Source of the DNA: Peribolospora baueri | Taxonomy: Eukaryota | Assembly: GCA_029717555.1 (NCBI GenBank) | Contig: JAMDHS010000034.1 | Coordinates: 62,001-126,000 of the forward strand | Reading direction: 5' to 3' | DNA: 64,000 bases | Shown here: one piece after another, positions 48,228 through 59,726 of the stretch | How the letters are laid out: every line of letters begins with the position of its first letter | How positions within the stretch are numbered: the stretch's first letter is position 1 | Position numbers and translations under genes: made by a program | The notes under the pieces: generated by a model | What the model was told of the DNA's origin: nothing | The model's database searches: none | What the model saw: the letters and a program-made list of their open reading frames with translations, nothing else

Positions 48228-49961
48228 ATGTCCGACAGCAAGAAGGGTGAGTTCGTCGAGTCGATGTCCAAGGACACAGCCCTTTGAGTGTCGCCTGATG
48301 ACCTACGTTTGCATCGAGATAGACGGCAGTATGGGCGATGGGGGCAAGGACGTTTACCGCCTTCCCAGTGACGACAAGGAGGTCGAGCGCCTATCCTTGC
48401 AGCATAAGGTGCGTACAGTGGTACCCTGGCTGGCTTCGATGTTTTAGCGAGTCGGTCAAGGGACGAGCATGGCATTTAGGAAGGAAGGCGTACGAGCTCG
48501 TCTTTCGCCTCGCATTCTCATGCGATAGATCCACAAGTGGTGCTTAGGAGGACGCAACTATCCGCCCAAGGCGCCTATACTCGAAGTATTGAACGACTCG
48601 TCTTCTGCGAGGCGAAAACAAAGTGAGCATCCTCGTGTCCGACCGCTCTTTCCGAGGTCTGGCCATTTGACCGGTACTGAAATTGAGTCCATCGTCTGTC
48701 CGTCCCTCACCGTAACCGTGCAGTCCTCGACGTCGGCACAGGAACGGGAGTGTGGGCTCTCGAAATGGTCAATGAGTTCCCGAACGTGGACGTGACGGGG
48801 ATAGACAAAAGCAATGTCCAACCCCAAAAGGTGCCGCCCAATGTGTCCTTCGAGCACGCTGATATCACCACCGACGAGGCTTGGGTGAGCCTTAAGCGTT
48901 GGAGGGGGACCGGCCACTTGAGAAAGGGTCGTGAAATAGATTTGCTGAATGATGCGCTTGTACAGGAGACAAGAAAGGATCGGTTTGACCTCGTCCACGC
49001 CCGCTTCCTCGCGTAAGCCGTCGTGTGGTAGCCGGAGCTGGTCATTTCGATTGATCGACTCAAACAAGCTAACTCTTGTTTGAAACGTCCCCACGGAAAA
49101 AGCATGGCCATTAAAGACTGGCCCGCGCACGTCTCCAACGTCGTCTCCGCAGTAGCGCCCGGCGGACTGTTGCTCTCCATCGAGCCGTGGTCTTGGATCG
49201 GAAGCCACAACGGCACTCTAGGCCTCAATTTTGCGCGCTGGAACCAAATGTTCCTCAAGTCCTGCGAGTCCAAAGGGGCCAAGGTGGAATCGGTGGGAAT
49301 CCGTCATGGTCGACTGTGATGCTCCTGCGTCGCCATGTATGCCCATCAGTGTTGACCTGAGCGCTTGATCCTCTTCCACCGTTAGGGACCTATTTGCCTC
49401 AAGCTCGTTCAAGAGCATCCCGACCTGGAAAGTGTTCAACATGACGTCATTGAATGGAGCTGTGGGCGAAGCCCCAGTGGTAAGTTGAGGCGGCCTGCTC
49501 GCTCGCATGGTCCGTAAATAAGCTTGCACTGAACGTCGCGCTAAAACGTCATCGGTCATTCCGCACAACAGACCCCGCGAAGGACGAATTCGGTGTCATG
49601 ATTGCCGAAGACTTCGAATATCTCTTGCCCCTGGTCAAGTAAGTCGTGTTGTGATGGTCACTCTGTCAGTCTGCTCGCTACGGACTAGTCGGCCACTCAC
49701 GCTTCCTTCCGCGCGTGCCCTTAGGCCATTGCTCGTCGAAGAAGGTTTTGACGAAGAATAGTGAGTACTGTACATCATCGTTAGACTGCCTTTTGCAGCA
49801 CGCCGCCGCGCAGTCCTGACCGAAACCCGTCGCCGGGTCCGGGGGAGAACAGCATCGCCAAGTTCTTAAAAGATGTTCGTGATGAGATTTGGGACCCGAG
49901 CAGGGAGCAACATCTGTGCATCCTCTATGCTTGGGCTAGGAAGAAGGGCACTTCGCCGTGA
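48228..49961 (+). CDS. Class I SAM-dependent methyltransferase (LaeA-like/TAM-type fungal family), multi-exon
   Basis: YRLPSDDKEVERLSLQH, LDVGTGTGVWALEMVNEFPNVDVTGID, PPNVSFEHADI, FDLVHARFL, IKDWP, PGGLLLSIE, YAWARK; stop at 49959-49961. Confidence 0.9.
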
Positions 49962-50545
49962 AGGATCTTCTTACTCGGGGAAGAGAGACGAGACCACGTT
50001 AGCGAATGGAACGTGGAACCTCACCACATGGGAAAGGCCGGCTTTTTCTCTTGCTCTGTCTCCTGTCGCCTGCACTCGCACCAGCCTGTCGAAGAATTGA
50101 AACGGCCGTTTCTGAAGATATATCATGTCCAGCGTTCTGCGCTGTTTGTTCTTGTTGGGGGCCGCGAGGGAAATGAGCAGACAGGAAGGTAAGCCAAAGA
50201 CAGGCGCCTTGCGACGCGGAATGATGTTTGAGGACAAAGACACGTCCGTTTCTTCTGTGTATGGTCGGTACGAGCACGACCACCGGCATGTGTCGTGCTG
50301 TGCTGGGAGCACGGCATCACGCGAAAAAGCACGTGATCAATGACGTCGACTAGCGCGTGCCGGGAGCCCACCGGGAGTCTTTAACCACCTGCGGCGAGCG
50401 CATCTCTTTCTCGCTCCCTGCCCCCTTCTTCCCCTCGTCTCCTTTCCCTCTCCTCATCTCGAAAACGTACTGGCAAGCACGCGCTCACGCGCACTCATTA
50501 GTCCAAACCGCTTGCTAGCTTCGACAGAGAAGGCGAGAGTGAAGA

Positions 50546-53135
50546 ATGGTAGAGAAGTGTCCGTCGGACAACACCGCGGCGGTGGAGCAGGCGCACTTTT
50601 GGGACCACGATGGATTCCACTGGGACGCCCATCGGTGAGTGTGTTTCTCGCCCCTGCGATAGCGCCAGATGAAGGGGGAGAGCTTTTCAGGAGCGAGGGA
50701 GGTGGAGGGGCGGAGACGACCTCGTAGCAGCGAAGCGGCGGACGCCTCGCGCGCGGACGACCCAGCTGCTCGGACTGGGTGGGTCCTGGCAGGTACGAGG
50801 TTGCAGAGTGCCTGACGATACCCATTTCCTTCATCGTCTCTTTCCCCTTCCCGTTCTGCGCATTGTTTTCTCTCAGAATCGGGTCAGTGAATGCGACCTC
50901 TGCGAAATACCATTTCCTTGCTGCATCACTTACAAGGCTCATTCGTCCATGGCTCCTTTATCCTACTCTATTCCATATGCTTTTTCTTTTCCCCATTCTA
51001 TAGATGGGCGGTGGCAGGCACAGCGGCGGCCATTACGACCATCATTGCTATGATCAATATCCTCAGTCATGCGCTGTGCGTTCCTCCTCGTGCTTCTTCG
51101 GACAGTCTTGACAGTGTGCGTGCCTTCCAATTCAACTGACGCGCTGGGGCCACTCTTCCATACATCATCCGAAAAGACATTACCACAAGCCACTTCAACA
51201 GCGTCAGGTGATTCGCATTCTGCTATTCCCCGTTGTCTACGCGGTCATCAGTTTCTTCAGCTATAGGTTCTTCCGGGCTTATACGTATTGTGAGTCACGT
51301 CATGAATTGACTCGGCTTTCCCACTTTGTGTTCATCCAAAAACAAACGGACTGACTTGTTTCCCCTTGTGCTTCCCCCCCCTCGCTATCCACCCTCTTGC
51401 CTGGCCGGTCGTCGCGCCTTACAGATGAACTGGCCGAATCCGCCTACGAAGCCCTTGCTATTGCCGCCTTTCTCATGCTCCTGCTGCAGTACGTAGGTGA
51501 GAGTAGGGCGGAGCAAACGGCTGCGCTGCACACAAAGGACAAGCGCAAGTTCCCGTTCCCGTTTTGGTGTATAAGGTGAAGTCAGCGGCACGGAACGGGG
51601 CACGACAAGAGTGGACGGACGAGGAAGGCCCGTCGTCGTCGGAGGTGCCCTGACGATCTCGAACCGGTTTTCCGTTGGAATCGCAAGGTATCGACCGAGC
51701 AAGCCGTATTTCCTCCACGCCTTGTGAGTCCTTCCCCAGGGACTGTGTAATTGAGCTTGTCAATCTTCTACCGCGCACGGCGCCTCTGACTTCGTCGGAC
51801 GTAACGACGGCATTATCCATCCCGTATTCTTCTTGGTCACAGGAAGTGGTCCGTTTTGCAGTACTGTATCGTGCGGCCTCTGGAGACCATTATCGGCATT
51901 ATCTGCGAGGCGTACAACGTGCTCTGTCCTGGCGTGACGTCCGTCCATTTTGCTAACGTCTACCTGTGAGTCCAGCCGACATTTCCGTTTTGCTTCCTTC
52001 CTGGAGAGGTTGCGACGAGCACTCATTTTCGTTCACCTCTTGTGGGCTCGCAGCGAAGCGGTGGATTTTGTCAGCATCACCATCGCCCTGTACGGCCTCG
52101 TGAGTAGACTTGATTGTACGCTCACATCAAGGTGGCGTCGTGCTAAACTCCTGTTGTGCCTCGTCTTGGGTACCCTAGATTATCATGTACGACCTCATGA
52201 AGAAGGAGCTTCAAGGCAGACGTCCGCTGGCCAAGTTTATGACTATCAAGCTCGGTATCATCTTGACCTGTGCGTCTGTCGTGTCCGAGCGCTCGCGGGA
52301 ATGAAATTGGGGAAGCTTGTAAGGCTATTTGCTGACATGGTCACTTCAAATTGGCGGCGGCCGCGTGCAGTTTATCAGGGTTTCATCTTTAATATGCTGG
52401 AGGCTCACGGGAAGATCAAGGGCACCGAGTACTGGACGCCGACGGTCAGTTCATCGGCGCGTCTCTCGTGACGTTGTTAAGCTGGTGGGAGGACTGACCA
52501 TATTTGGTACGATATCGCACTCTTCTCAGAACATCGCGGACGGTCTGAACGCGTTGTGCGTTACGCTCGAGATGATCCTCATTGCCGGTCTACAGTTCTG
52601 GGCGTTCCCCTACAAAGGTGAGTGCCTGCCCACCGACGTCGACGGGATTTTGGATTTTGTCGCTCACCCACCCATGCGCCACCGCCCACGTGCTCTCACC
52701 GCCCCTCGCTGTGCAGAATACGAGGGCGAAGAGCGAGGCAGGACGAACCCGGTGAAAGCCATCCTCCACGCGCTCAACTTCTACGACTTCGTCTACGACT
52801 TCTGGCTTTCGACGAAATTCGCTTTCGACTATATGCGCGGCAAGCCTGGAACGAGCTCGAGGAGCATGCCAGTGGGCGGCTTGGACTTTGCGCAGGTCAT
52901 GGGCCATCCCGACGATGATGAGAGCATCGCAGGCAGTTACCACGACAACGTGAATGGCAACGAAGTCGTGCAGGCAGCACACTCGCCGATCTCGTCGGCG
53001 GACGTGTACGCGCACGCTTCGGCCCAGGAGGATGGACGTGCGCCGCGATCGATGGACTCCGTAGCCGACAAGGCGGCCGCGCCGTCGGGAGCGGACGCTC
53101 TGTCGGTGAAGAAGAACGACTCCGGCTCTCGATAG
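50546..53135 (+). CDS. OSTalpha/TMEM184 (DUF300) family membrane protein, multi-exon
   Basis: HWDAHRIGWAVAG (via the 6-nt exon 50877-50882), HYHKPLQQRQVIRILLFPVVYA, YEALAIAAFLMLLLQY, VLQYCIVRP, RPLAKFMTIKLGIILTFYQ, LCVTLEM. Confidence 0.93.
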
Positions 53136-53305
53136 AACTTGCAAACAAGGCCGACGAACCACGGCGAATGATGGAACGTGCTTGACGCTTTTGACGAATC
53201 CGATCGGATAGGATACCTTGATTACCCTTTCCGCTAATGTCATAATATGAGATGACGACGGTCGATCGACGGAGACTTTTCGTCTGTCTGTCCGTCTTTC
53301 CACTT

Positions 53306-53306
<1 letters not shown>

Positions 53307-53348
<42 letters not shown>

Positions 53349-53363
53349 TTTTTTTTTTTTTTT
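53307..53363. repeat. Poly(T) tract T41-G-T15
   Basis: Homopolymer between two convergent 3' ends. Confidence 0.95.
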
Positions 53364-53409
53364 GGTTTGCTTCCCTGCTGTCTCTTTTCCGTCGACGTCC
53401 CTTCTCTTT

Positions 53410-53730
53410 CTATTTCTTTTCTCCTTTTTCGCTCGAACCTGATCGACTCTCTCTCCTTTCCCACTCGAGGACCTTGCGCCTAGGGGTCTGTCGGACGAGC
53501 ACCACCTCCCTAGCGCGCAAGGAGTGGTTGCGGGACCTACCGCTGCTCCGCGAGGAGGTGCTACGCTGCGAGGCAACGCTGCGACGCGAAGCGGAACTGC
53601 CACGACGTATGAGACTGGTGATGGAGTTTTGGAGAAGAGACTCCATACGGGCCTGCTCGAGGGCCTCTTCGACGATCTTCAGATGCGACCGAACGTTGAT
53701 GTGGGAGATGTCGAGGGTCGAGACGGGCAT
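53410..53730 (-). CDS. Small hypothetical protein (106 aa)
   Basis: ATG in AAAACATG context after a CT-rich leader; amphipathic helix HLKIVEEALEQARMESLL followed by an S/R-rich tail. No family recognised. Confidence 0.45.
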   Translation of the reverse strand: MPVSTLDISHINVRSHLKIVEEALEQARMESLLQNSITSLIRRGSSASRRSVASQRSTSSRSSGRSRNHSLRAREVVLVRQTPRRKVLEWERRESRSGSSEKGEKK

Positions 53731-54617
53731 GTTTTGAAAGATGAGAACAAAGAAAAGGTAGAAAAAAAAAGAGCGGAAACTCGGATTAATACACGAGAGG
53801 ACAGGGAGTGAGAGAGCGAGGTTGCTGAGGTGTGAGAAAGATAGAAGAGGGAAGAACGGATATCAACAACGAGCACGCCCGACAGGCCCTTCTTTTAAGC
53901 TGTCGTCCGGCGAACATGGCCCCTGTTATTCGAAAGTGAGAGGACCTTGGGGTGCAGTAACGAACTGACAGACGAGGTGTGTCCAGAAGTGCGTCCTCGT
54001 TATTGACCCTCTCGCATAGCGGAGCGCTTCAGTAGAGTCTTGCGAGCGGTAGTCGTGATGAAAGCGTAAAGGAAGCCGTCGGATGCATGTCGTCGGATGG
54101 CCTCGCCGGTTGCGCGGCGGAGCGTGGCCCGTGCACGATTCGCATTCGCCATCCTCCTCTCCGTATCTCGAGACCAGCCCCACGGCATTCGCTCCAGCAT
54201 CCGATATGAAAATTTTAACTGCTTTTTTTCTGGTAAGACTAGACGAAAACACCAAAAAAAAAAAAAAAAAAGAAAAAAAAAGAAAACAATCCAAGACTGT
54301 CACGTCACGTCGATCAGCGAGCGTCTTTTCATAACCGTCGAGGCGAGCGAGCGTTCCTTCCTTCCAATGCGTGCTAGAGACAGGACGGGGGACAAAACAT
54401 ATAGATGCGCTAGGTGCCGTGTAGAGTACCGCGTGTCAGACGAAGAACGGGACGGAGGACGAGGGGAGACGAGGCGACGAGGACGAAAGAGAAAAGACCA
54501 AGTGAGAGACGCGAGTCGAATGCAATAAACAAGCTTGCACACGGAGCGACGGCGGGGACAGCAGCGAGGGGAGAGCAGCGAGAGAGGGAGCAAAGAGCGA
54601 GTTCGAACCACAACCTT

Positions 54618-56057
54618 TCAGCCCGTCCGCCCTTGATCCGACAACGTCCGCGCCTTTGCCGCCGCCTGTCTTGCCGACGACGACGTGACCGTCTCGTCTA
54701 TCTCGTCCGCATCCGCGTCGTCACCTCCGTCTCGCGACTTGCGTCCTCGCTTCTTCTGTCCGCCACCACATCCCTTAACAAGAATATGTCTCTTCAGCGC
54801 GTCCTTCCGACTAAACCCTTTCCCACAATGTTGACAAGCAAACGGCTTGACGGCCAGATGAATCCTAGCATGCCGCTTTAGGTCGTGATTGCGACTAAAG
54901 CTGGCCGGGCAGACGCTGCATTTGAACAGCCGAGGCGGAGGCGCGGGTGGGGCGGTCGAGGCGGCGTAACGGGCGTGAAGGGAGGACATGGGGTAGGCGA
55001 AATGGGTGGGCGGGGGCGGCGCCGAGGAAGAAGAAGTAGAGGACGAGGCATACGGCCCCGGTAACGGTCGGTAGGCGGCGTAGGGGCCGACGGCCGACGA
55101 AACGGAGGAGGGGTGGAGGGCATAAGGCGAGTATGTGGCGCCGGAGGAATAGAACGAGGCGCCGCCGCCGCTGCCGCTCGCGGGGTAGGAGGGGGACGAG
55201 TTCCATTGTGACGGCACGCTGGTCAAGCCGACGCCGACGCCCATCATGGACGACGACCCAGAAGGCGTCCGACCTCGTTCGGCGTACTGCTGGGACGCGT
55301 ACCCTGCCGAGCCCGAGCCGAGCCCGGCCGGGTTGCTCGCACCGGCGTAATCGGGGACGGACGGCGAATGCGCCGCGTTTGCCAGCGCTGGAGAGGAAAA
55401 GTGGGGATGTGGTGAAGCAGATGCGGAGGAGGGAGAGGGATGGGGGACAAAGGCGACGGAAGAAGAGGAAGAGGAGGAAGACGACGGGGCGAAGCGACCC
55501 ATCGCGACGGAGGCGCTGCCGGTCGGGGGAAGTGGTGGGGCGTACATGCCGAACTGAGCGCCCTGTGGACCATACATGCTTTGCCCACTACTGCCTGCCG
55601 CTGCCGCCGCTGCTCCTCCGCCGCTAGAGAAAGCGTCGTAGTGACCGCTGGGATAGGAAACGGCTCCTTGTGCGCCGCCGGTCATGTACATTGCGCCGGC
55701 AAACGAGTCGTCGAGGTCTGGATGGCTGTATTCGGCGGTGCCGGTATGGCTGCTACCGGCACCGAGCTGGTGGCGGTGGTGAGGAGAGAGGAGGGCATAG
55801 GACGACAGAGGCGTGGCGCCGGCGTGGTGGTGGGCGGCGAGGGCGTGAGAATGAGAAGGAAAAGGCATGCTGAGCGTCGTCGCGGCCGACATGGCGTCCG
55901 GGGGATGGAGAAAAAGGTGGGGATGAAGGGATGAGGACGAGGACGGCTCAGGGCGGGGGTGCGAGGAGGCGGCGGCGAAGAGAGGAGAGTTGCGGAGCGA
56001 GTAACGGCGAAACGAGGCGTCGTGATTCGAATCGCCCGCCTCGCCGTCTTGGCTCAT
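54618..56057 (-). CDS. Two-finger C2H2 transcription factor, FlbC-like
   Basis: FKCSVCPASFSRNHDLKRHARIHLAVKPFACQHCGKGFSRKDALKRHILVKGC, as recalled for FlbC/FLE1-type fingers; S/A/G/Y-rich disordered N-terminus; alternative start near 55892. Confidence 0.85.
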   Translation of the reverse strand: MSQDGEAGDSNHDASFRRYSLRNSPLFAAASSHPRPEPSSSSSLHPHLFLHPPDAMSAATTLSMPFPSHSHALAAHHHAGATPLSSYALLSPHHRHQLGAGSSHTGTAEYSHPDLDDSFAGAMYMTGGAQGAVSYPSGHYDAFSSGGGAAAAAAGSSGQSMYGPQGAQFGMYAPPLPPTGSASVAMGRFAPSSSSSSSSSVAFVPHPSPSSASASPHPHFSSPALANAAHSPSVPDYAGASNPAGLGSGSAGYASQQYAERGRTPSGSSSMMGVGVGLTSVPSQWNSSPSYPASGSGGGASFYSSGATYSPYALHPSSVSSAVGPYAAYRPLPGPYASSSTSSSSAPPPPTHFAYPMSSLHARYAASTAPPAPPPRLFKCSVCPASFSRNHDLKRHARIHLAVKPFACQHCGKGFSRKDALKRHILVKGCGGGQKKRGRKSRDGGDDADADEIDETVTSSSARQAAAKARTLSDQGRTG

Positions 56058-57951
56058 CGGTCGCGGTCGCGGTCACCGGTGGAGTGAGCGGTTGGCGTCG
56101 TCCTGGGCGTTGACGGGATGAGAAGGATGGAATGGTCGGTTTGAAATGGTGCGACGGCGGTTCGAGTACGCAAGCTGTCGGACCGGACCCGCGACGTGAC
56201 GTACGCTACGAGAAGGTGGGAGTGGTCAGTCAAGCAGTGTTTGTCTGGTCCGTCTGTCCGTCCGTCTGTGTCGCCAAGCCCCTAACAGTGCAAGCGGGGA
56301 TGCAGACCAAGATCGGCTGCGAGGCGTGATCGGCGACAGGTCGCTTGCGTTGAGAGGAGGGGATGGGAGTGGGGAAATGGGTGAGCGCAGCTGGCCCGTG
56401 GAGGGAAAGAAGGAGACGACGACGACGGTGGGGAGGCGATGTGGGCGCCAATCGTTAATGGGCGGGAGGTGGCTGTGACTGTAATAAGAAAGGCGGGCGG
56501 TGGAGATGCGGACGAGGTGGGAGGAGAGAAAGATGGTAAGAGGGTCAGCGAGGAGGAGGGAGGAGGAGGGAGGAGTGGGGAAGGGCGAGGGCCATGTCGG
56601 GGCGAGCGAGAGGGAGTGGATGGCGGGAGGCAAGAAGGTGGGAGATGGGGATGGGGACGGGGATGGAGACGGAGGTGGTGAGGGCGGGGTTAGGTGCGAG
56701 CGAGGTCGAGCTCGAGCTTGTGCGAGCTTGTGCGAGGTTGAGCCGCTTGGTTGGTTGGTCAGTGGTCGAGTCGTCGGCAATCAATATGCTGATGCTCGTC
56801 TGGTCTGCTCGCTCTCTCCCTCTCTTCTTCGCTCGCACCTCCGGCTCCCTCCTTTCTTCCTCCTTTCTTCCTTCGTCCCTCGTCCCTCGTCCCTCGTCGT
56901 CTCGTCTCGTCGGCGCGGCCGGACCTGCTTGTGTCGTGTCACGCTCGGCTCGCTCGTGAGCCTGGGTCGTGGCAGGTGTGCCGGAGGAGGAGGTGCGGTG
57001 TGTGTGTGTGTCTTCTTCTGACAGGCTCGTTGGTTGGTTGGTTGACTGGTTGGCTCACTGGTCGGCTCTCTCACCGTCTGTGTATCTGTCTGTCAGTCTG
57101 GTCGCACGCCCGCCTGCCGGCCGTCCGCCGACCGCCGACCGCCGACCGTTGGTCTCGATCTCGATCTCGATCTCGGGTCTGTCAACAATTCTCGGCCCGC
57201 CTGATCAGATCCAGGTTCGCACAAAAAACCAAGTGTTCGGGGGCCGTCGGGCGGCTCGGGTCGGAGGGAGGTGCAGCGGAAGAGAAAAGAGAGGGGCGAA
57301 TACCTCGGTCGGTCGACCTGACTTGGTCGACGGGAACGCAAGAAAGAGGAAAGACGAAAGGCACAAAGTAAGGATGGAAGGAACGAACTGCTGCTCCTCC
57401 TCCCCGCCACGACGCCCCGCCTCCTCTCGGCACGCGACAAGACAAGTGCCCAAGTGCACCGTCGACCGATGACCGGCGCCCCGGCCGGCCACGCGAGCCG
57501 GCGCTTGCATCCGTTTCGTTCGCCAAGACTCGCCAAGGGTTAGGTCGGGCCGGCTTTCGAGTAGGTGGTCGGCCAGGGAGAGGGGGAGCGGCAAGCCGAC
57601 GCGGCCGGCAGGTCGGTTGTCGGTCAGTCAGTAAGTAGGCCGTCGTCGTAGCGGCAGCGTGACCCGACGAGATGCGGACGGGTTGCACTCATGCGTAGCG
57701 TTGGGTCTCTCTGCTCTACCCACTCAGGGCTAGAAGAAAGACGGCAGAGGGCGAAGGAGCGGAAGAGAAAGCAAGCAAGAGAGCGAGGCGTGGACACAGA
57801 CGGGCATCGCTTCGCATCGCATCGCCCATGGGCCCCCTCCTCCCTCGCCACCGCCGTCTCTCGTCCCGCCGCTCTGGCCGCTCTTTCCGGACAAGTGTTT
57901 GCTCAGCCGGCCGGGCGGCAGACGTGCGTGTCGTGTCGTGTTGTGTTGTGT

Positions 57952-58020
57952 CGTGCAGTGCAGTGAATGCAGTGCAATGCAGTACAGTGCAGTACAGTGC
58001 AGTACAGTGCAGTGTAGTGT
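57952..58020. repeat. Degenerate (CAGTR)n pentamer repeat
   Basis: GTGCAGTGCAGTGAATGCAGTGCAATGCAGTACAGTGCAGTACAGTGCAGTACAGTGCAGTGTAGTG. Confidence 0.85.
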
Positions 58021-59726
58021 CGTCTCTCGGTCTCTGTGTGTCGTCCGTACCTTCCCGTCCTCTCGTCTCTTATGCACGCGCTATACATGCCCATCTGCGC
58101 ACGCCGACGCAGCCAGTCCTCGCTCACGACTCTACTCTACTCTACTCGGCCGGTCGGCGTCGTCAAGGAGCAGTGTGTGCGATGCGATGCGATGCGAGCG
58201 CTACGGTGTAGGGGGCCGTAGGTAGGTAGTTAGGAAAGAGCGAAGGAGGCTTCCTCCTTCGGCCTAGGCCTCTGTCGCCCCCGTCAGTCATGTACGTACG
58301 TAGCGGCGGCACCGCGCAGGGCAGCCACGGCACGGCACGGTACTAGGTAGGGTACGGCACGGACGCAGACGCACGTGAGCAACACCCGATCGCACCGTGC
58401 GAGGGCGGGCCAACGTTGTACGACGTTCGCCACACGGGCTTGCCATGTGCGAGGATGAGGGAACGTTAGTTTAGTTTACTTTGTGTGCGAGGATAGAGAC
58501 AATTCCTTCCTTTCTTCCATTGCATCCCTCGCTGCATTGCGACGACGATGACAGACAGACGCCCGTTTCACTGCCCACCCTTTCCTTCCTTCGTCTTCGT
58601 CTTCCTTAGCCCTGCCTGCCAGAGCACACACAGCATGGCACGGACGGCACTGCTCGCTCGTTAGCTGGCTGGCTGGCTGGCTACTACTCACATGCACCGC
58701 CGTATCGCACTTGCACGCTGCGTTCGCCGTCGCCGTTACTGTCGCCGTCGCGACGAGACGGGACGGACAGACGACAGAAGGACACACAAGTCGACCGACT
58801 GACTGACCGCCGTCGCAACCGCCTCCCTTCTGCCGTCCCAGTCGCCTGGTGATGGCCATGGCCATGGCCATGTCGATCCCCATGGCCACGCTCGCTCCCT
58901 CGCTCGGCTTCGCATGCAATCCCTTCCGCCCCCTCTGCCACACGCACGTGGTGAACGTGGTGACCGCGTGCAAGACGCGGGGAGTGACGACGACATGTGC
59001 CTCATCTCATCTCAACTCGTCTCATGGCTTAGCCGTACCACCCTCGGTTAGGGACACGCGGTTGCTGGGCGCGTCCCGACCCGCATCTGCATCTGCATCT
59101 GCATTTTTTTTTTATTTATTAGGAGTCGTGGGCGGTCAGTCGGTCGATAGATCGAGTCTTTTGTCTGCGCCCGCTCTCGTCTCGCCCCGGCCACCTCGAT
59201 GCACAGCGAGCGTCCTTGCTTGCTCGTTTGCGTTTGCGTTTGCGTTTGCGGGGCGGGGCGGGGATGCGCCCCGCGTCGCGTGTCCCCTCCCGCCGTTCCG
59301 TTTTGCCGGCGACGAGGACGGAGCGAGTCCGAGCTGCCGCGGTCCATTCCATGCATTCAGCCCGATCCTGCCGATGACGACGGCGACCGCCGAGCGACGG
59401 CTTCGTTCTCGTGAGTTGAGACGAGCGGTGACCTCTCCTTCCTTCGGATCCTGTCCTTTCTGATCGCGACCGCCGGTGAAAGGCAGACAGGCAGTCGTGG
59501 GCGCCACGTCGTTCGCTCCTTCGCCGCCCTTCCACCAGCAGCTCGCGGACTGTCGTCGCTATCTGACGGTCGGATATTAGATGTGTTCCTGTGAGACTAA
59601 TCGATATTCGTAGACGTACACGCCAGCTTGTCCCAGCGGATCGAAAGAGAACGGGAGGGACAAGCAAAGGGAAATAGAAAACAGATAGGAAGAACGTCCG
59701 CCCGCATCCCATCGCGTCGCGTCGCA

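Noticed and set aside
57952..58020. Regularly spaced repeats as a possible CRISPR-like array
   Set aside because: Simple pentamer repeats without unique spacers, in a eukaryotic context with no cas genes.
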